A DNA stretch of 30,496 bases. It comes from Pseudomonadota bacterium (lineage in GTDB: Bacteria > Bdellovibrionota_G > JALEGL01 > DATDPG01). The position numbers and the translations under genes are program-made. Positions within the stretch are counted from its first letter, which is position 1; each line of letters opens with the position of its first letter. Of the stretch, positions 24,597 through 30,496 are shown one piece after another. The notes below the pieces were generated by a model that did no database searches, was not told where the DNA came from, and saw only the letters and a list, made by a program, of their open reading frames with translations. The stretch is taken from NCBI GenBank assembly GCA_043804515.1, contig JAZDIZ010000086.1:1-30496 (forward strand), given 5' to 3'.

Positions 24597-27500
24597 ATGA
24601 GTTTTGTTCACCTTCACATTCACTCCCAATATTCGCTGTTGGACGGCGCTATCACGATCGACGGCCTGATCGACCGGGCGAAGAAAACGGGCATGCCGGC
24701 CGTGGCCTTGACCGATCATGGAAACCTGCACGGCACGTTGGAGTTTTACAGCGCCGCGATCGCGAGCGACATCCAGCCGATTTTGGGAATAGAGGCGTAC
24801 CTCACGGAGGGAAGCCGCCGGGACCGGACGACGCAGTACCCCACTCACCACATCGTGCTCTTGGCGGCGAGCGAGAAAGGGCTTCGGAACCTGTTCCGGT
24901 TGGTGACGCTGACGAGCTTCGAGGGGTTCTACTACAAGCCCCGGATGGACCGGGAGATCCTGCGCAAATACAGCGAGGGGCTGATCGGGCTGTCCGCCTG
25001 TCTCAGCGGCGTGCCTTCGCGCTGCATTCTGGACGGCCGTATTGATGCGGCCGAGACCGCCATCCGCGAGTATCGGGAAATTTTCGGGGACGGAAACTAC
25101 TATCTCGAAATGATGAACACGGGCCTCGAGGACCAACAAAAGGTCAACCCCGTTCTGATGGAGTTGGGAAAGAAGCTCGGAGTTCCCCTCGTTGCGACGA
25201 ACGACAGCCACTATCTGAATCGGGAAGATGCCAAGGCCCACGATGCGCTCCTCTGCATCGGCACGGGGCGCATGGTCCAGGACCAGGAGCGGATGAGATT
25301 CCACGGCGATAATTATTACGTGAAGTCCCCGGAGGAGATGAAGGAGGCGTTCGCGTTCTGCCCGGAAGCCTTGTCGAACACGCTGGAGATCGCGCGGAAA
25401 TGCGACTTCCGCCTCAAGCTGGGCGAATACCATATGCCCAGGTTCCACGTGCCCGAGGGGAAAACGCTGGAGGGACACCTTGCGGAGCTGGCCCGACAGG
25501 GCCTGGAAGAGCGGATGCCTCAGATCCTGGAGTTCTATCGGCGCGAGGGGACCGCCACGGAAGGAATCCGTGAGAAGTATTTCGAGAGACTCGAGAAAGA
25601 ACTGGAAATGATCCGGCAAACGGGATTCTCGGGCTATTTTCTGATCGTCCAGGACTTTATCAATCACGCCAAACGGGACCGGATTCCGGTCGGCCCGGGA
25701 CGGGGCTCCGCGGCGGGAAGCCTCGTGGCCTTCGCCACGAGGATCACGGACCTGGATCCGATTCCGTACAACCTCCTGTTCGAGCGGTTCTTAAACCCGG
25801 AGCGGATCTCGATGCCGGACATCGACGTGGATTTCTGCCAGGACGGCCGCGACAGCGTGATCCGTTATGTGGCCGAGAAATACGGCGGTTCGGCGTCGCT
25901 GGAAGACACGAAGGTGGCGCAGATCACGACGTTCGGCAAGATGCAGGCGCGGGCCGTGATCCGGGACGTGGGACGCGTCCTCAACATGCCTTATGGGGAC
26001 GTGGATCGCATCGCGAAACTGGTCCCGACCGTGCTCAACATCACGCTGGAGGAGGCGTTCGAGCAGGAACCGAAATTCGGCGAGCTGCGCAAGAAGGATC
26101 CGAAAATCGACGAGCTCTTGACGATCGCTCTTCGGCTCGAGGGACTCACACGGCACGCGTCGGTGCACGCCGCGGGCGTCGTGATCTCCGATGAGCTCCC
26201 TCTGGTCCAGCATCTCCCGCTCTATAAGGGGCAGCACGACGAGGTCGTGACCCAATGGGACATGAAGGGTGTCGAGAAAGCCGGCCTGATCAAGTTCGAC
26301 TTTCTGGGCCTCAAAACTCTCACGCTTTTGGACCGCGCCGTGAAGCTTGTCGAGCGCACGCACGGAGAGAAGATCGACCTTCTCAATCTGGACATGAACG
26401 ACGTGAAAGTGTTCGAGCTTCTTACCCGCGCGGAGACTCAGGGGATCTTCCAACTGGAATCGTCGGGGATGCGGGACCTGGTGGTGAAACTTCGGCCTTC
26501 GAAGTTCGAGGACATCATCGCGCTCGTGGCTCTCTATCGGCCGGGCCCGCTGGGGTCGGGCATGGTGGACGACTTCATCAACCGCAAGCACGGCCGAACG
26601 CCCATCGTCTATGACCTTCCCGCGCTGGAACCGATCCTCAAGGACACTTACGGGGTGATTCTCTATCAGGAGCAGGTGATGCAGATCGCCTCGGTTCTTG
26701 CGAACTACTCCCTCGGGGAAGCGGATCTTCTGAGGCGCGCGATGGGAAAAAAGATCGCGGAGGAGATGGCGCACCAGGAGGAAAGATTCCTGGCGGGGTG
26801 CGAGGCGAATCGGATCAACGAGACCAAGGCCAAGAAAATCTTCGACCTCATGGCCAAATTCGCGGGGTACGGATTCAACAAGTCGCATTCCGCGGCGTAC
26901 GCGCTGATCTCGTACCAGACGGCGTATTTCAAGGCGCATTACCCCGTCGAGTTTATGGCGGCGTGCCTCTCCATCGACCGGGACAATACGGACCGGGTGG
27001 TGACGTTGATGGCGGATTGCCGGGACCAGGGCATCGAGATCCTTCCGCCCGATGTGAACGAGAGCCAGCTGGATTTCTCCGTAGGCGACGGGAAGATCCG
27101 GTTCGGCATGGCGGCCGTCAAAAACGTCGGAGAAGCCGCGATCGGCGCGATTCTGGAAACACGGGACGATGCGGGCCCGTTCCGAGACCTCTTCGATTTC
27201 TGCGCGCGCGTGGACCTTAGGAAGGTGAACAAGCGGGTCGTCGAATCGCTTGTAAAATGCGGCGCCTTCGATTCGACCGGCGGGCGTCGCGCCCAGCTCA
27301 TGGCGTCGCTCGAATCGGCCATGGATACGGCGCAGAGTTCACAGAGGGATCGGGCGGTGGGGCAAGCCAGCCTGTTCGGCAAGCTCCTGTCGGGTGCCGC
27401 ACCCGCACCCGCATATGTGGACGCCCCGGATTGGGACGAAGGGACGCGCCTGAAGGCGGAGCGGGAATCGGTCGGGTTCTACGTATCGGGGCATCCGCTG

Positions 27501-28073
27501 TTGAAATTCAGCGAGACCCTTCGGCGGTATGCGAACGCGGACACGGCACGGTTGGCCGAAATGAAGGATCAATCCACGGCGCGCCTGGGGGGAATGGTGT
27601 CCACGCTGAAGGAAATCACGACCCGCAAGGGGGACCGGATGGCGTTCGTGACGCTGGAAGACCTTCTGGGGCGCGTGGAGGCGGTGGCTTTTTCGGACGT
27701 GTACCGGGCCCAGAGCGAGATTTTCAAAGGGGAGGACCCGATCTTCGTCGTGGGCAAGGTGGACGTGGCGGAGGATCAACCCAAGATCATCGTGACCCAG
27801 GTGAGCCGCCTGGAAGACGCGCACAAGCTCTTTTCCGGGACGGTCCACATCACGCTGGACGCCACGGCCGTCAACGAGGCCGGCCTTCGGGAACTCAAGG
27901 CCGTGTTCGCGAAGTACCGCGGCGCATGCCCGACGATTTTGCACCTTAAGATTCCGGGAAGATCGGAAACGGTTCTCTCGCTCTCCCGTGATTACGCCGT
28001 TGCTCCCTCCAACGAACTCATTGAAGAAGTCACGCACCTTCTAGGCGCGGCTTCCGAAATCCATTTCGCGTAG
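24597..28073 (+). CDS. dnaE: DNA polymerase III subunit alpha
   Basis: PHP domain HLHIHSQYSLLDG, GPGRGSAAGS, MPDIDVDF, HAAGVV, KFDFLGL, GFNKSH, OB fold. Confidence 0.98.
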   Translation: MSFVHLHIHSQYSLLDGAITIDGLIDRAKKTGMPAVALTDHGNLHGTLEFYSAAIASDIQPILGIEAYLTEGSRRDRTTQYPTHHIVLLAASEKGLRNLFRLVTLTSFEGFYYKPRMDREILRKYSEGLIGLSACLSGVPSRCILDGRIDAAETAIREYREIFGDGNYYLEMMNTGLEDQQKVNPVLMELGKKLGVPLVATNDSHYLNREDAKAHDALLCIGTGRMVQDQERMRFHGDNYYVKSPEEMKEAFAFCPEALSNTLEIARKCDFRLKLGEYHMPRFHVPEGKTLEGHLAELARQGLEERMPQILEFYRREGTATEGIREKYFERLEKELEMIRQTGFSGYFLIVQDFINHAKRDRIPVGPGRGSAAGSLVAFATRITDLDPIPYNLLFERFLNPERISMPDIDVDFCQDGRDSVIRYVAEKYGGSASLEDTKVAQITTFGKMQARAVIRDVGRVLNMPYGDVDRIAKLVPTVLNITLEEAFEQEPKFGELRKKDPKIDELLTIALRLEGLTRHASVHAAGVVISDELPLVQHLPLYKGQHDEVVTQWDMKGVEKAGLIKFDFLGLKTLTLLDRAVKLVERTHGEKIDLLNLDMNDVKVFELLTRAETQGIFQLESSGMRDLVVKLRPSKFEDIIALVALYRPGPLGSGMVDDFINRKHGRTPIVYDLPALEPILKDTYGVILYQEQVMQIASVLANYSLGEADLLRRAMGKKIAEEMAHQEERFLAGCEANRINETKAKKIFDLMAKFAGYGFNKSHSAAYALISYQTAYFKAHYPVEFMAACLSIDRDNTDRVVTLMADCRDQGIEILPPDVNESQLDFSVGDGKIRFGMAAVKNVGEAAIGAILETRDDAGPFRDLFDFCARVDLRKVNKRVVESLVKCGAFDSTGGRRAQLMASLESAMDTAQSSQRDRAVGQASLFGKLLSGAAPAPAYVDAPDWDEGTRLKAERESVGFYVSGHPLLKFSETLRRYANADTARLAEMKDQSTARLGGMVSTLKEITTRKGDRMAFVTLEDLLGRVEAVAFSDVYRAQSEIFKGEDPIFVVGKVDVAEDQPKIIVTQVSRLEDAHKLFSGTVHITLDATAVNEAGLRELKAVFAKYRGACPTILHLKIPGRSETVLSLSRDYAVAPSNELIEEVTHLLGAASEIHFA

Positions 28074-28131
28074 AAGAATGCCCCCGAGTCTTCTTTTCTC
28101 CAGCGAAACCCGTTCTGTCCCTCAAGCGGGA

Positions 28132-28235
28132 GCGGCAATTCAAGAGCATCTTGCGGCCGGGGGCTCCGGCGGCGGAGCCTTAGATTGCCGGCGGAGCCGA
28201 CGGAACACCGGCCGCATAACGACTTGAGTTGACGC
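28132..28235. repeat. Long imperfect inverted repeat between convergent genes
   Basis: GCGGCAATTCAAG...TGCGGCCGG pairs with CCGGCCGCA...CTTGAGTTGACGC; inner GGCTCCG can pair with either of two CGGAGCC copies. Confidence 0.65.
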
Positions 28236-28236
28236 G

Positions 28237-28626
28237 TTAGCGCGTCCAGAACTGGAAGAGCGACACCCCTGCCCATAACACCCCGAAGCCAAAAAACATC
28301 GCGCCGATGTTCTTCGCGCCGCGGTGGTAGATCTCGGGCAGGCCCCGCCGAGGCAGGACAAAGGAAATGTGCGCACCCGCCGTGATCCAGAGGGCGGCGA
28401 AAAGGAAGGAGAGGATCAAGCGGTAGCCCGGTGTCAGATAACGCTCGACGGCCTGGACGCCCAGCGCGAGGAGAAATGTCGAAACCGCCAGCGGCACAAC
28501 CCAACTGGACAGGAATTCACGGGGGATCTGTTTCTTTAGAACGCCGATCAGGAGCGGAATCGTGACCGCCGCGGCCGCAAGGCCGAGCAGAATCAAATTT
28601 CGGTTGGTCTCAAACCAATCAGCCAA
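28237..28626 (-). CDS. Hypothetical four-TM membrane protein
   Basis: Four hydrophobic segments; TTG start overlaps the pfk stop. Confidence 0.65.
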   Translation of the reverse strand: MADWFETNRNLILLGLAAAAVTIPLLIGVLKKQIPREFLSSWVVPLAVSTFLLALGVQAVERYLTPGYRLILSFLFAALWITAGAHISFVLPRRGLPEIYHRGAKNIGAMFFGFGVLWAGVSLFQFWTR

Positions 28627-29659
28627 AGAAGACCTGGGCCAGCTTGTACAAATCGGGCGACAGCGTCTTCAGCTTCGCGACGGCGCTTTCCAACGGGACC
28701 GTCTGGATGCGGCCGTTCGTGAGCGCCGGCATTTTTCCGAAATCCTTTTGAAGCACCAAGTCCATGGCATGTACGCCGAACGCCGTGGACAGGATCCGGT
28801 CAAACGCCGACGGTGTTCCGCCGCGCTGCAGATGCCCCAGGATCGTGGAGCGAGTGTCCCAACCGGTGCGTTTCTTGATCAGTTCGCTCAAGACCTCGCC
28901 GATCCCGCCGAGTTTGACGTGGCCGAACGCGTCCACGGCTTCCTGGGACTGTTCCGTGATTTCTTGGCCCTTGTCGTCGAGGAGTTTCGCTCCCTCCGCG
29001 ATCCCGATCATGGCGAAGTTTTTGCCCTTCTTTTTGAGCCGCTCGACCGCGGCCACCACGTCCTTCACCGGGGTCGGGAATTCGGGAACCAGCACCATGT
29101 CCGCGCCGCCGGCGATCCCCGCGTACGCGGCGAGCCACCCTGCGCTCCGTCCCATGATCTCCACAACCAGGATCCGGTCGTGCGACTGGGCCGTCGTGCG
29201 GATCCGGTCGAAAGCGTCCGACACGATCTGGACGGCGGTCGGAAACCCGAGCGTGAAATCCGTGACCTCCAGGTCGTTATCGATCGTTTTGGGGAGCCCC
29301 ACGATCGGGAGGCCCTCCTTGAAAAGTTTGTACGCCACGCCGAGCGTGTCCTCGCCGCCGATGGCGATCAGGGCGTCCAGTTTGAGCGCCGCGAAGTTCT
29401 TCTTCGCTCGCGCCGGGCCGTCGGCTTCCTTGTACGGGTTGGTTCGCGATGTCCCGAGGATCGTGCCGCCTCGGAGGAGGAGTTCATCCACCGCGGCTTC
29501 GGGGATCGGCATGGTTTCGCCGTTCAACAGGCCCTTCCAGCCCCTCCGAAGGCCCACCACTTCATAACCGTTCGGCTGCGCTTTCCGGATGATCCCCCGG
29601 ATCGCCGGGTTGAGGCCGGGGCAATCCCCGCCGCCTGTCAGAACGCCTACTCTCGGCAT
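28619..29659 (-). CDS. pfp: 6-phosphofructokinase family, predicted pyrophosphate-dependent (group III)
   Basis: TGGGDCPGLN, GGTILGTSR, GGEDT, PKTIDND, EIMGR, LGHLQRGG. ATG at 29659 follows GAGG. Confidence 0.85.
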   Translation of the reverse strand: MPRVGVLTGGGDCPGLNPAIRGIIRKAQPNGYEVVGLRRGWKGLLNGETMPIPEAAVDELLLRGGTILGTSRTNPYKEADGPARAKKNFAALKLDALIAIGGEDTLGVAYKLFKEGLPIVGLPKTIDNDLEVTDFTLGFPTAVQIVSDAFDRIRTTAQSHDRILVVEIMGRSAGWLAAYAGIAGGADMVLVPEFPTPVKDVVAAVERLKKKGKNFAMIGIAEGAKLLDDKGQEITEQSQEAVDAFGHVKLGGIGEVLSELIKKRTGWDTRSTILGHLQRGGTPSAFDRILSTAFGVHAMDLVLQKDFGKMPALTNGRIQTVPLESAVAKLKTLSPDLYKLAQVFFG

Positions 29660-29682
29660 AGAATCGATCCTCTCTTTCGGGC

Positions 29683-30012
29683 TTAAGTTTTGGTCTCTTT
29701 CCAAAGCCAGTTCAAGTATTTTGTATCTCCCGAGGACATGGAAAGGCTCAAGAATTCAGGAACTTCGTACGAGTGAAGCCTTCGGACTTCCTTTCGCGCC
29801 TTCTCGAGAAGCGAAGCCCGGGTCTTGATGAGAAGCAGCCATTCACGGCCTTGCCGGATTTTGCCGTGCCAACGATAAGTGGAGCGAATGGAGGGGACGA
29901 TATTGACGCAAGCGGCGAGTTTCTTGGAAACGAGAGAGCGCGCGATTAGAACGGCGTTTCGCTCGCTTCCGCACGTGACGAAGACCAGTCGAAAGCGAGA
30001 AGCCAGCTTCAC
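29683..30012 (-). CDS. cutA: Divalent-cation tolerance protein CutA
   Basis: LAACVNI, SxYRWxG, LLIKT, HSYEVPE, YLNW. Confidence 0.93.
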   Translation of the reverse strand: MKLASRFRLVFVTCGSERNAVLIARSLVSKKLAACVNIVPSIRSTYRWHGKIRQGREWLLLIKTRASLLEKARKEVRRLHSYEVPEFLSLSMSSGDTKYLNWLWKETKT

Positions 30013-30026
30013 TGCGGCGTTTAGAT

Positions 30027-30204
30027 TAACAGGTTCCTGAAAAACCCCAAAAACGGCAGGTTGCTCAAAAAGGTGTCAGATGCTAGGCGCTCGTGAAATC
30101 GCGACTGAGGCGTACTGAAAGGCAAGTTGGGGACACCCACTGATGGGTGTCCCCTAACTCGGAGCGATTAACGACGCAGATGGCCCTTTTTCAGCGACCT
30201 GTTA
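30027..30204. mobile_element. MITE-like non-autonomous element with terminal inverted repeats
   Basis: Left TAACAGGTTCCTGAAAAA versus right TTTTTCAGCGACCTGTTA (16/18). A second left-end copy CAGGTTGCTCAAAAAGG at 30057 and an internal hairpin at 30125-30159. No ORF. Confidence 0.7.
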
Positions 30205-30405
30205 TGCGGTCTTTACTACGTTGGAGGCGTGGAGGCCTTTAGGCCCCTCGACACACTCGAAATCGACGTCCTGGCCTTCGCGCAGAGTCTTGAATCCTTC
30301 TCCCTGGATCGCCGAGAAGTGGACAAAGACATCTTTCCCTTCTTGATTGACGATGAAGCCGAAGCCTTTCTTGTCGTTGAACCACTTGACCTTGCCGTTC
30401 GCCAT
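30202..30405 (-). CDS. Cold-shock protein (CspA family)
   Basis: [30 protein letters not shown]. Confidence 0.96.
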   Translation of the reverse strand: MANGKVKWFNDKKGFGFIVNQEGKDVFVHFSAIQGEGFKTLREGQDVDFECVEGPKGLHASNVVKTA

Positions 30406-30496
30406 CCACAGCCTCCTAAAAACCTAACTCATTGCATCGTATGGTTCCGGACTTTTGTCGTCAATCATTTTGACCGCGCCGTGGGTGTTCCCCTAT

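Noticed and set aside
24597..28073. Intein or split in dnaE
   Set aside because: Length (1158 aa) and motif order are normal, with no intein splice motifs or large insertion.
28080..28235. 6S RNA, SRP RNA or tRNA-Sec
   Set aside because: No SRP helix-8 motif, T-loop or 6S-length stem with central bubble recognisable; kept only as a generic hairpin.

Overview
GC-rich bacterial chromosomal segment (by eye about 60% GC; repeat style and gene content suggest a deltaproteobacterial/Bdellovibrionota-like diderm, which is inference only). It is a mosaic of housekeeping and accessory genes. From left to right: a xylFGH-type sugar ABC operon (partial), divergent arsR/arsM with a palindromic operator, an SDR plus steroid 5-alpha-reductase pair, an NmrA-like protein, a truncated four-helix-bundle gene within inverted 7-bp-period arrays, ada, and a glycan-modification islet (GT-B-like, TylF, two GT-C paralogs, the first frameshifted in a T-run). 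These are followed by a nucleoside-deoxyribosyltransferase/DUF985-cupin fusion, a second four-helix-bundle gene, an RRM protein, a B12-type radical SAM gene, a Fic-HTH gene bracketed by two copies of the tRNA-Asn 3' end, and tRNA-Asn(GTT) flanked by 76-bp direct repeats. The right part holds an orphan ORF with a sigma54-like promoter, a DUF1704/N-formylglutamate amidohydrolase pair, a secreted gluzincin plus PrcB-like gene, a lipoprotein, dnaE, a PPi-type phosphofructokinase, cutA, a MITE-like element and a cold-shock gene. No CRISPR array, rRNA, integrase, transposase or reverse transcriptase was seen. The most notable items are the NDT-cupin fusion and the integrase-less att-bounded Fic islet at tRNA-Asn. 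All family assignments come from motif recognition by eye; no searches were run.
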